From contig JBDTRK010000005.1 of assembly GCA_039931685.1 (NCBI GenBank), forward strand, positions 564-64,563: 64,000 nt of DNA, read 5' to 3'. The DNA comes from Betaproteobacteria bacterium (GTDB taxonomy: Bacteria; Pseudomonadota; Gammaproteobacteria; Burkholderiales; JACQAP01). A program made the translations under genes and the position numbers. The first letter of the stretch is position 1; each line of letters starts with the position of its first letter. This document shows, piece after piece, positions 37,051 through 49,458 of this stretch. The notes under the pieces are model-generated. The model had not been told where the DNA came from, searched no databases, and saw only the letters and a program-made list of their open reading frames with translations.

Positions 37051-39129
37051 CTAGCCGGTGCGCGTACCGGCAATCTCTTGCCCGCCGGGATCGTAAACCA
37101 CGACGCGATCGCGTCCCAACGCCTTGGCCAGGTAGAGCGCCCGGTCGGCATTTCGCAGCAGATCCTCGGTCGAGCTGCCATGATCCGGAAATACTGCAAT
37201 TCCCACCGACAGCGTGCAGCGGAAGATACCCTTCTCCGCCAACACATCCGTCTGCGCGAACATCTGCCGCCAGCGCTCTGCCCGCACCCGCGCCGACTCC
37301 AGATTCATCTTCGGCAGCAACAGCACGAATTCCTCGCCGCCATAACGGCAGGCCACGTCGCTGCGTCGGGCTTCATTGCGCAGGATGTCCGCCAGCATTT
37401 TGAGCACTTTGTCGCCGGTCTGGTGTCCATGGGTGTCGTTGACGCGCTTGAAGTGGTCGATGTCGATCATCATTATGGACAGCGGCGTAAACTCGCGCAC
37501 CGCCCTCGCGATTTCGCCTGGCAGGGCGTCGTCGAGGTAGCGCCGGTTGTACATTCCGGTCAGCGGATCGCGCATGACCTGCTCGCGCAACTGCGCCTGC
37601 AGCGCATGGATGTCATCCAGTCGCAGCTTGAGCTTTACGTTTGCTTCCTCCAGCGCCGCCCGCGAGCGCAGCCGCTCGGTGACATCCTGGGCCAGGGAGA
37701 ACACCGTTTCCGGCCGGCCATCGGTGCCGGCCACGACCGTGTTATGCCATTCGACTTCGATGGTCCGGCCATCCTTGGTCAGGTTGGAGTTCAACGAATG
37801 GCTCTCGATGCCCAGCTCGATGGCCTGCTCGACGATCTTTCCCACTTGCACGCGCGCATCCTGCGGGACCATGAACGTCAGCAAGTCGCGCCCCTGCACC
37901 TCGCTCTGGCTCCAGCCGAACACCTCCTGGGCCTGCTTGTTCCAGCCGGTGATCTGGCGCTGCTTGTCCCAGATCACCATGGCCAGCGGCGCGCTCTCGA
38001 TCAGCGTGCGCAAGCGCTGCTCGCTGTTGCGCAGCGCGCCCTGGATCTCGCGCCGCTCTTTCACTTCGTGCGAAAGCCGCAAGTTCAGGCGAACCAGCAC
38101 CGCCACCACCACACCCGCGACCAGCAGGACGATCACGGCCGCCGCGCCGATCCGGTACAACGGCGCCCAGTCGATTCCCTGCTGCGGACGAAACAGGAAT
38201 CCGTCGAGCGTGTACGACGCCGGCATCATGCCCGCTTGCGCATAAGTCGCCGCCACTTGATCCCAGCGGCGCGGATTCATGTAGCCGATTTCCACCAGAT
38301 TCGGCTGCATCAGCCGCTGCATTTCCGCCGCCTCGAACAGCAGATGGTCGCGCGACTTGCGCCGGCTATAGCGCGCGATAATGAGGTCGGCCATCTCGCC
38401 GTGATGACCCATCGCGTAACGCCAGCCGCGCAAGCTCGCATTCAGGAAGGCAGCGGCTTGTTCCGGCCGGGCACTCGCCAGTTTCTCCGAAGTGAACAGC
38501 GAATCGCCGTAGAAATCGATACCGCTGGCTCTTGGCGACATCAGGTTGAACGAAACGCCCGCCTTCTTCAGCAGAAACGGCTCGTCGGTGGAATAGCCGG
38601 AGGCCGCGCTCACTTTGCCTGCGAGCAGGTCATTGACATTGAAGGAATGCTGCACCACTACAACGCGGTCGAGCGGCAACTGCTCCATCTTCAGGTAGGC
38701 AATCAGTTCCTTTTCATGCGGCAGCAGCATGATCTTCTTGCCTGCCAGCTCGTGCAGGGTCACCCCGCCGTGTCCGGGCACGATCAGCACCAATGGCGAA
38801 TGCTGCAGGATCGAGGCAAGCACCACCACCGGCAGCCCCTGTGCCCGGCGCAATGCCAGTTCGGATGCGCCGACACCAAAGTCAGCCTCCCCGGAAAGCA
38901 CCACGTCGACCGGATCGCGGTCCGCCTGCTGCTCCTGCAGCCGCACGCTAAAACCGGCGTCACGGTAATAACCGTGCTCTATGGCCGCGTAATAGCCGGC
39001 GAACTGGAACTGATGTTTCCAGTTCAGTTGCAGGGTAACGGATTGCAGCTTGGCATCGTCATTGGCCAGGGCCGGCGCCAGGACGCCGGCAAGCAACAAG
39101 ACTGCACAAAGCTGGCGTGCGAGCTTCAA
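37051..39129 (-). CDS. sensor diguanylate cyclase: periplasmic NMT1/SBP-like domain-TM-PAS-GGDEF
   Basis: Signal/TM helix, SBP-like domain (TLQLNWKHQFQFAGYY), TM helix, PAS domain, and active-site RYGGEEF. Confidence 0.8.
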   Translation of the reverse strand: MKLARQLCAVLLLAGVLAPALANDDAKLQSVTLQLNWKHQFQFAGYYAAIEHGYYRDAGFSVRLQEQQADRDPVDVVLSGEADFGVGASELALRRAQGLPVVVLASILQHSPLVLIVPGHGGVTLHELAGKKIMLLPHEKELIAYLKMEQLPLDRVVVVQHSFNVNDLLAGKVSAASGYSTDEPFLLKKAGVSFNLMSPRASGIDFYGDSLFTSEKLASARPEQAAAFLNASLRGWRYAMGHHGEMADLIIARYSRRKSRDHLLFEAAEMQRLMQPNLVEIGYMNPRRWDQVAATYAQAGMMPASYTLDGFLFRPQQGIDWAPLYRIGAAAVIVLLVAGVVVAVLVRLNLRLSHEVKERREIQGALRNSEQRLRTLIESAPLAMVIWDKQRQITGWNKQAQEVFGWSQSEVQGRDLLTFMVPQDARVQVGKIVEQAIELGIESHSLNSNLTKDGRTIEVEWHNTVVAGTDGRPETVFSLAQDVTERLRSRAALEEANVKLKLRLDDIHALQAQLREQVMRDPLTGMYNRRYLDDALPGEIARAVREFTPLSIMMIDIDHFKRVNDTHGHQTGDKVLKMLADILRNEARRSDVACRYGGEEFVLLLPKMNLESARVRAERWRQMFAQTDVLAEKGIFRCTLSVGIAVFPDHGSSTEDLLRNADRALYLAKALGRDRVVVYDPGGQEIAGTRTG

Positions 39130-39133
39130 GCGC

Positions 39134-39976
39134 CTAGCGATTGTGACGGGACATGAAGGCCAGCCGTTCGAACAGGTGCACGTCCTGTTCGTTCTTGAGC
39201 AGCGCGCCGGCCAGCGGCGGGATGATTTTCGACTGGTCCTTGCCGCGCAGCGTTTCCGGGGAAATGTCCTCCGCCATCAGCAGTTTCAGCCAGTCGAGCA
39301 ATTCCGATGTGGACGGTTTTTTCTTCAATCCTGGCACGTCGCGTATTTCGAAGAACACCTCGAGCGCTTCGCGTAGCAGCGACTTCTTCAAACCGGGAAA
39401 ATGCACGTCGACGATGCGCTGCATGGTCTCCTTGTCCGGGAACCGGATGTAATGAAAAAAGCAGCGGCGCAGGAAGGCGTCCGGCAATTCCTTTTCGTTG
39501 TTGCTGGTGATGATGATCGTCGGCCGGTGCCTGGCCTTGACCAGTTTTTGCGTCTCGTAGACGTAAAACTCCATGCGGTCCAGCTCACGCAGCAGGTCGT
39601 TGGGAAATTCGATGTCCGCCTTGTCGACTTCGTCGATCAGCAGCACCGCCGGGCGCTCGGAGTCGAACGCGTCCCACAAGGGGCCGCGCACGATGTAGTT
39701 GGCGATGTCGTGAACGCGGCCGTCGCCCAATTGGGAATCGCGCAGGCGTGAAACGGCGTCGTATTCGTACAGGCCCTGCTGCGCCTTGGAGGTGGATTTC
39801 ACATGCCATTGCAACAGCGGCCGGTCGAGGGCCCTGGCCACTTCCATCGCCAGCATGGTCTTGCCCGTGCCCGGCTCGCCCTTGATCAGCAGCGGCCGCT
39901 CGAGGGTGACGGCGGCGTTGACCGCCATCATCAAGTCCTCGGTCGCCACGTAAGATTCGGTTCCCCTGAATTTCAT
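39134..39976 (-). CDS. MoxR-family AAA+ ATPase
   Basis: ATG at 39976 (MKFRGTESY). Walker A GEPGTGKT, Walker B LLIDEVDK. The track start at 40054 is an extension. Confidence 0.85.
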   Translation of the reverse strand: MKFRGTESYVATEDLMMAVNAAVTLERPLLIKGEPGTGKTMLAMEVARALDRPLLQWHVKSTSKAQQGLYEYDAVSRLRDSQLGDGRVHDIANYIVRGPLWDAFDSERPAVLLIDEVDKADIEFPNDLLRELDRMEFYVYETQKLVKARHRPTIIITSNNEKELPDAFLRRCFFHYIRFPDKETMQRIVDVHFPGLKKSLLREALEVFFEIRDVPGLKKKPSTSELLDWLKLLMAEDISPETLRGKDQSKIIPPLAGALLKNEQDVHLFERLAFMSRHNR

Positions 39977-40079
39977 CGACGTCCCGCCCGCGTATGGATT
40001 CAGGAACCGATTATAACGGCGCGGGCGGCTATAATTGCCGCTCTGGCCTACCAATTTCCAACGCTATCCGGGAGGATGC

Positions 40080-40856
<777 letters not shown>

Positions 40857-40938
40857 GGATATTCATCGCAGATACCCGATGCGCTACGCACGTAGGGAAT
40901 CTGCAGTGAGATTTTGATCTGGATATCAGGAGAAAAAA

Positions 40939-41820
40939 ATGAACGTGGGATTCATCGGGCTGGGCATCATGGGCAAGCCCATGGTCGTAAATCTGATCAA
41001 AGGCGGCCACACCCTGTTCCTGGCAAGCCGCAGCGGTGTGCCGCAGGAACTGACCGCGGCAGGCGGCAAGACCTGCGCGTCCGCCAAGGAAGTCGCCCAG
41101 AAGGCCGACATCATCATAACCATGGTTCCCGACACGCCGGACGTCGCGAAAGTGTTGTTCGACAAGGATGGCGTGGCCGACGGCCTGTCCGCCGGCAAGA
41201 TCGTCGTCGACATGAGTTCGATCTCGCCGATTGAAACCAAGGCCTTCGCCGAGCGCATTAGAAAAACCGGCGCGGATTATGTCGATGCACCGGTATCCGG
41301 CGGCGAAGTCGGCGCGAAGAACGCGGCGCTGACCATTATGGTCGGGGCTTCCGAGTCGACGTTCGCGAAGGTCAAGCCGCTATTTGAGCTCATGGGCAAG
41401 AACATCACGCTGGTCGGCGAAGTCGGCGCCGGCCAGATCTGCAAGGTGTGCAACCAGATCATCGTCGCGCTGAACATCGAGGCCGTTGGCGAAGCGTTGC
41501 TGCTCGCCTCCAAGGCAGGGGTCGATCCCGGCAAGGTACGCACGGCCCTGATGGGGGGATTCGCGTCCTCGCGCGTGCTCGAAGTGCACGGCGAACGCAT
41601 GGTCAAGCGCACCTTCGATCCGGGTTTCCGCATTGAACTGCACCAGAAGGACCTGAATCTGGCCTTGTCCTCCGCGCGGGCGCTGAAGATGAGCCTGCCC
41701 AACACGGCGACCGCGCAGGAATTGTTCAGCGCATGCCAGGCTCAGGGCGGCGGCAAGTGGGACCATTCCGCCATGGTGAAAGCGCTCGAAGCGCTCGCCA
41801 ATCACGCTGTGGCGAAGTAA
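40939..41820 (+). CDS. glxR: 2-hydroxy-3-oxopropionate (tartronate semialdehyde) reductase
   Basis: GFIGLGIMGKPM Rossmann fold, DAPVSGG and a conserved C-terminal domain. 293 aa. Confidence 0.85.
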   Translation: MNVGFIGLGIMGKPMVVNLIKGGHTLFLASRSGVPQELTAAGGKTCASAKEVAQKADIIITMVPDTPDVAKVLFDKDGVADGLSAGKIVVDMSSISPIETKAFAERIRKTGADYVDAPVSGGEVGAKNAALTIMVGASESTFAKVKPLFELMGKNITLVGEVGAGQICKVCNQIIVALNIEAVGEALLLASKAGVDPGKVRTALMGGFASSRVLEVHGERMVKRTFDPGFRIELHQKDLNLALSSARALKMSLPNTATAQELFSACQAQGGGKWDHSAMVKALEALANHAVAK

Positions 41821-41830
41821 ATCCGGGAAA

Positions 41831-41940
41831 ACCGTGAATATCGTGAATGCCGTGAATGCCGTAACGGCTCCAGATCGCTACCCACGCATTCTCGACATTC
41901 ACGAATTCACGACATTCACGGAATTCACATGATTCACGAC
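41831..41940. repeat. palindromic repeat element built of 9-bp-periodic CGTGAAT / ATTCACG heptamers
   Basis: CGTGAAT at 41833, 41842 and 41851. ATTCACG (or ATTCACA) at 41897, 41905, 41914, 41923 and 41932. Central core CGTAACGGCTCCAGATCGCTA. The last copies overlap the ATG at 41929. Confidence 0.7.
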
Positions 41941-43191
41941 CCCCGCGCGCTGCTGCGCGCAATGTTCGATGCGGCCGTTGCCGCGGCGCTGCCGGCCGCG
42001 ACGCTGCCCGCCTATCTACCCTTGCCACCGAAAGGCCGCGCGCTGGTCGTCGGCTGCGGCAAGGCTGCGGCGAGCATGGCAAAAGCCGTCGAGGATCACT
42101 GGCCGGGCGAATTGTCCGGAATGGTGGTAACACGCTACGGATACAACGTGCCAACCAGGATGATCGAAGTTGTCGAGGCGGCGCATCCCGTGCCCGACGA
42201 AGCCGGGCGCAAGGCCGCCGAGCGCATGCTGAAGATGGTGCAAGGGTTGTCCGCCGACGATCTCGTGCTGTTTTTGGTTTCGGGCGGCGGATCCGCGCTG
42301 CTGCCGCTACCGGCCCCGGGCCTGACGCTGGCGGACAAGCAGGCGATCAACAAGGCGCTGTTGCGAAGCGGCGCAAACATCACGGAAATGAACTGCGTGC
42401 GCAAGCATCTTTCCGCCGTTAAAGGCGGCAGGCTGGCAGCCGCCTGCGCCCCGGCGAGGGTGATCACGCTCGCGATCTCCGATATCCCCGGGGACGATCC
42501 CGCCGTGATTGCTTCCGGGCCCACGGTGGCCGATGCAACCACCTTCGCCGACGCGCGCGCGATTCTCGAGAAGTACGGCATCACGGAACCGCGTGCGGTG
42601 GTGGAACACCTGCGCGCGGCGCGGGAGGAAAGCCCCAAGCCCGGTGATCCCCGGCTCGAGAAAACCGAATTGCACATGGTGGCGGCGCCGCAGATATCGC
42701 TCGAAGCAGCGGCACAGGTCGCGCTCAGAGCCGGTGTCACGCCGGTCATTCTCGGCGATGCCATCGAAGGGGAAGCCCGCGAAGTGGCCATCGTGCATGC
42801 CGGCATTGCGCGGCAGGTGCGCCGTCACGGCCAGCCCGCGCCGGCGCCGTGCGTGCTGCTTTCCGGTGGGGAAACCACCGTTACCGTGCGCGGCAACGGC
42901 CGCGGCGGACGCAATGCCGAATTCCTGCTGGCACTGGCCGTTGCCCTCGACGGCGAGTCGGGTATCCATGCGCTGGCTGGCGACACCGACGGCATCGACG
43001 GCACGGAAGACAACGCCGGCGCACTGCTCGGACCTGATTCCCTGGCGCGGGCGGCGCAACGCAATCTGGACGCGAAACACATGCTCGCCGATAATGACGG
43101 CTACAATTTTTTCTCCGGTCTCGGCGATCTTGTCATGACCGGCCCCACCCTCACCAACGTCAACGATTTCCGCGCGATCCTGGTCACCTGA
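41929..43191 (+). CDS. glycerate 2-kinase (MOFRL/TtuD family)
   Basis: N-terminus DPRALLRAMFDAAVAAALP, then GCGKAAASMA, SGGGSALL and a C-terminal MOFRL block (TGPTLTNVNDF). Confidence 0.8.
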   Translation: MIHDPRALLRAMFDAAVAAALPAATLPAYLPLPPKGRALVVGCGKAAASMAKAVEDHWPGELSGMVVTRYGYNVPTRMIEVVEAAHPVPDEAGRKAAERMLKMVQGLSADDLVLFLVSGGGSALLPLPAPGLTLADKQAINKALLRSGANITEMNCVRKHLSAVKGGRLAAACAPARVITLAISDIPGDDPAVIASGPTVADATTFADARAILEKYGITEPRAVVEHLRAAREESPKPGDPRLEKTELHMVAAPQISLEAAAQVALRAGVTPVILGDAIEGEAREVAIVHAGIARQVRRHGQPAPAPCVLLSGGETTVTVRGNGRGGRNAEFLLALAVALDGESGIHALAGDTDGIDGTEDNAGALLGPDSLARAAQRNLDAKHMLADNDGYNFFSGLGDLVMTGPTLTNVNDFRAILVT

Positions 43192-43193
43192 AT

Positions 43194-44693
43194 ATGGGCA
43201 TGCCCGTACTGCTTTCGTCGGAGACTTTTCAGCCCCACGTCGGGCACGCCGACCTGGTCGCGCAGCTGACTGCTGTGCTGCCGCCGGCGAGCCTGTTGCA
43301 CGAGCAAGAAGATCTCAGGCCCTTCGAGTGCGACGGCATGACCGCCTATCAGCGCATGCCGCTGATGGTGGCGCTGCCGGAAACCGAAGACCAGGTGCGC
43401 GACGTGCTGCGCATCTGCCACAGGGGCCACGTGCCGGTGGTGTTCCGCGGCGCCGGCACCGGGCTGTCGGGCGGCGCCCTGCCCTACGCGCAGGGCCTGC
43501 TGCTGGTGATGGCGAAGATGAAGCGCATCGTCGGCATCGATCCCGTCGCGCGAACCGCGCGCCTGCAACCTGGGGTGCGCAATGCGGCGATATCGGAAGC
43601 GGCCGCGCCTTACGGCCTTTACTACGCACCCGACCCGTCCAGCCAGATCGCCTGTTCCATCGGCGGCAACGTCGCCGAGAATTCCGGGGGCGTGCATTGC
43701 CTGAAGTATGGCCTGACGGTCCACAACATCCTGAAACTGCGCTTCGTCACCATCGACGGCGAATTGCTCGAGATCGGCTCGGAGGGCCTCGACGCGCCGG
43801 GTTATGACCTGATGGCGCTGATCACCGGTTCCGAGGGCATGCTCGGCGTGGTCACCGAAATCACCGTCAAGCTACTGCCGAAGCCGGAGAAAGCCCAGGT
43901 CGTGTTGGCCGCATTCGACGATGTCGGCAAGGCCGGCCAGGCGGTGGCGGGCGTCATCGCCGCCGGCATCATTCCGGCCGGGCTGGAAATGATGGACAAG
44001 AAAGCCACCGCCGCAGTTGAACAATTCGTGCACGCGGGCTACCCGCTCGACGCCGCGGCCATCCTGCTGTGCGAATCCGACGGCACGGCCGAGGAGGTCG
44101 CCGACGAAATCGCGCGCGTCAAGCAAGTCATGACGCGCGCCGGCGCAACTGAGATCCGCACGTCGCGCGACGAGTCCGAGCGGCTGAAATTCTGGGCCGG
44201 ACGCAAGGCAGCCTTTCCGGCGGTGGGCCGCATATTGCCGGACTATTACTGCATGGACGGCACCATCCCGAAGAAACAACTGCCTCACGTCCTCAAGCGC
44301 ATCGACGAGCTGTCGGCGCAGTTCAACCTGCAGTGCGCCAACGTTTTTCATGCCGGCGACGGCAACCTGCATCCGCTGATCATGTTCGACGCCAACGAAG
44401 GCGACCAGAACGAGCGCGCCGAAGCCTATGGCGCGGCAATCCTGGAACTTTGCGTCGAAGTCGGTGGCACGATTACCGGCGAGCACGGTGTCGGCATCGA
44501 AAAAATAAACCAGATGTGCGTGCAGTTCAATACCGGCGAATTGAATACCTTCCACGCGGTGAAGAAAGTATTCGACGAACATGGCCTGCTCAATCCCGGC
44601 AAGGCCGTGCCGACGCTGCAACGCTGCGCCGAATTCGGCGCCATGCACGTGCACCGCGGACAAGAGAAGTTTCCCGATTTGCCGCGCTTCTAA
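43194..44693 (+). CDS. glcD: glycolate oxidase subunit GlcD (FAD-linked)
   Basis: Long identity runs to my memory of E. coli GlcD: RGAGTGLSGGALP, YYAPDPSSQIACSIGGNVAENSGGVHCLKYGLTVHN. Confidence 0.9.
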   Translation: MGMPVLLSSETFQPHVGHADLVAQLTAVLPPASLLHEQEDLRPFECDGMTAYQRMPLMVALPETEDQVRDVLRICHRGHVPVVFRGAGTGLSGGALPYAQGLLLVMAKMKRIVGIDPVARTARLQPGVRNAAISEAAAPYGLYYAPDPSSQIACSIGGNVAENSGGVHCLKYGLTVHNILKLRFVTIDGELLEIGSEGLDAPGYDLMALITGSEGMLGVVTEITVKLLPKPEKAQVVLAAFDDVGKAGQAVAGVIAAGIIPAGLEMMDKKATAAVEQFVHAGYPLDAAAILLCESDGTAEEVADEIARVKQVMTRAGATEIRTSRDESERLKFWAGRKAAFPAVGRILPDYYCMDGTIPKKQLPHVLKRIDELSAQFNLQCANVFHAGDGNLHPLIMFDANEGDQNERAEAYGAAILELCVEVGGTITGEHGVGIEKINQMCVQFNTGELNTFHAVKKVFDEHGLLNPGKAVPTLQRCAEFGAMHVHRGQEKFPDLPRF

Positions 44694-44704
44694 TTCAAAA
44701 TCTT

Positions 44705-44874
44705 GAACCACGGAGGACACAGAGGACACGGAATAAAAACATGAAGAATACGTAACGGGAAAACTGGCAGGTTGCTCCGGCAGATCGGGAGCCCGATCTA
44801 AATCGCCGCCTCCAGCGCTCCTGAAATCCGGGGTTCCCTTTTGTCCGCGGGTTTTTCCGTGTCCTCCGTGGTTC
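44705..44874. repeat. MITE/REP-like element: 20-bp terminal inverted repeat with 9-bp internal duplication
   Basis: Left arm GAACCACGGAGGACAC[AGAGGACAC]GGAA (44705-44733). Right arm TTCCGTGTCCTCCGTGGTTC (44855-44874). The interior shares CGTAACGG...CTCC...CAGATCG with the 41.8-kb element and has the hairpin AGATCGGG-agc-CCCGATCT. Confidence 0.75.
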
Positions 44875-44887
44875 CATCCTCTTTCCG

Positions 44888-45940
44888 ATGCAGGAAGTAA
44901 TCGAGCAATTTTCCGAAACCATCCGCAAAGCCGCCGCCGAGCGCACGCAATTGCGCATCCGCGGCAGTGGCAGCAAGGATTTCTACGGCCTGGTCCTCAT
45001 GGGCGACGTGCTCGATACGCGCGCCCTGACCGGCATTGTCGACTACGAGACCAGCGAACTGGTCGTTACCGCCCGCGCCGGGACACCGCTGCGCGACATT
45101 GAAGCGGCGCTGGCCCAGGGCGGCCAGATGCTGCCGTTCGAGCCGCCACACTTCGGCGCCGGCGCGACGCTCGGTGGTTGTGTCGCGTCCGGCTTTTCCG
45201 GGCCGCGCCGCGCCGCGGCGGGCTCGGTGCGGGATTTCGTGCTGGGCGTGCGTATTGTGAATGGCACGGGAGAAAATCTGCGCTTCGGCGGCCAGGTCAT
45301 GAAAAACGTCGCCGGCTATGACTTGTCGCGCGTGCTGACCGGATCCTTCGGAACCCTGGGACTCATCACCGAGGTATCGTTGAAAGTGCTGCCGATCCCG
45401 CCACAAGACCGCACGCTGCGCTTCGATCTGGGCGAAGCCGCGGCAATCGAGTCCATGAACAAATGGGCGGCCAGGCCGCTGACGCTGTCGGCAACCTGTT
45501 ACGTTGACGGTGCGCTGTATGTGAGGTTGTCGGGCGCAAGCGCCGCCGTCGCGGCATCGCACAGCAAGCTCGGCGGGGAAGTCGTCGAGAATGACGCGGC
45601 GTTCTGGCAGTCCATTCGCGAACAGACGCACGCTTTTTTCGCGAACGCGCCGGCCTTGTGGCGATTCTCGATCAAATCGACCGCCGCGCCACTCGGCCTT
45701 GGCAGCCAGATGATCGAATGGAACGGCAGCCTGCGCTGGGTTGCCGCCGATCTCGATCCGTCGGCGGCATTCGACATCGCGCACCGGGCGGGCGGCCACG
45801 CCACCTTGTTCCGCGGCGGCAACAAGCGCCACGGCATCCAGCAACTCGCACCGGGCTTGCTGGCCGTGCACAAGAAGCTCAAGCGTGCATTCGATCCCCA
45901 GGGCATTCTCGGTCCGGGACGCATTCATGCCGATTTCTAG
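44888..45940 (+). CDS. glcE: glycolate oxidase FAD-binding subunit GlcE
   Basis: 350 aa, LRIRGSGSKDFYG and GGQVMKNVAGYDL blocks, positioned between glcD and glcF. Confidence 0.85.
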   Translation: MQEVIEQFSETIRKAAAERTQLRIRGSGSKDFYGLVLMGDVLDTRALTGIVDYETSELVVTARAGTPLRDIEAALAQGGQMLPFEPPHFGAGATLGGCVASGFSGPRRAAAGSVRDFVLGVRIVNGTGENLRFGGQVMKNVAGYDLSRVLTGSFGTLGLITEVSLKVLPIPPQDRTLRFDLGEAAAIESMNKWAARPLTLSATCYVDGALYVRLSGASAAVAASHSKLGGEVVENDAAFWQSIREQTHAFFANAPALWRFSIKSTAAPLGLGSQMIEWNGSLRWVAADLDPSAAFDIAHRAGGHATLFRGGNKRHGIQQLAPGLLAVHKKLKRAFDPQGILGPGRIHADF

Positions 45941-45958
45941 CGATTACTGCCTGCGCCC

Positions 45959-46185
45959 AACACAGAGGCACAGATACCCTACGTGCGGAGCACGTCGGAG
46001 TTATGGTCGAAGACCGGTATCCCCCGGAACCCTTTTAGGACACGGAGAAGAACAGCGAGAACGTGAAGTCGAGGCAGCAGAGGCGTCGCAATTTTATTTT
46101 CTGCATTCTCACTCCATGAGCTTCATTTGACAATTGAGCATCCATCCGCATGACCTGTTTATTCTTTCTCCGTGCCTCTGTGTTG
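45959..46185. repeat. composite repeat element bounded by 13-bp inverted repeat AACACAGAGGCAC
   Basis: AACACAGAGGCAC at 45959-45971 and GTGCCTCTGTGTT at 46173-46185. The interior contains CCCTTTTAGGACACGGAG, related to the arm of the 44.7-kb element. Confidence 0.6.
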
Positions 46186-46199
46186 CGAAGCTGACTTAA

Positions 46200-49455
<3,256 letters not shown>

Positions 49456-49458
49456 TAT

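Noticed and set aside
36970-39156. 728-aa ORF antisense to the sensor diguanylate cyclase
   Set aside because: Same reasoning as above. It is His/Arg/Gln/Leu-rich with no domains, whereas the minus strand gives SBP-PAS-GGEEF.
44695-44976. Small ORFs inside the repeat elements (for example 44695-44976 minus; the tail of 44333-44755 with ...EPRRTQRTRNKN)
   Set aside because: They are by-products of translating the GAGGACAC-type repeats. They lack SD sequences and overlap the element arms.
44798-45928. 376-aa minus-strand ORF over glcE; similar ones lie over glcD (43872-44729) and the PQQ dehydrogenase (16714-17610, 17824-18633)
   Set aside because: They are antisense to strongly conserved genes and have artefact-like composition.
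41831-46185. CRISPR array as explanation for the short periodic repeats
   Set aside because: The units are 7-9 bp with no spacers of CRISPR size. The arrays are in inverted orientation forming hairpins, and no cas genes are present.
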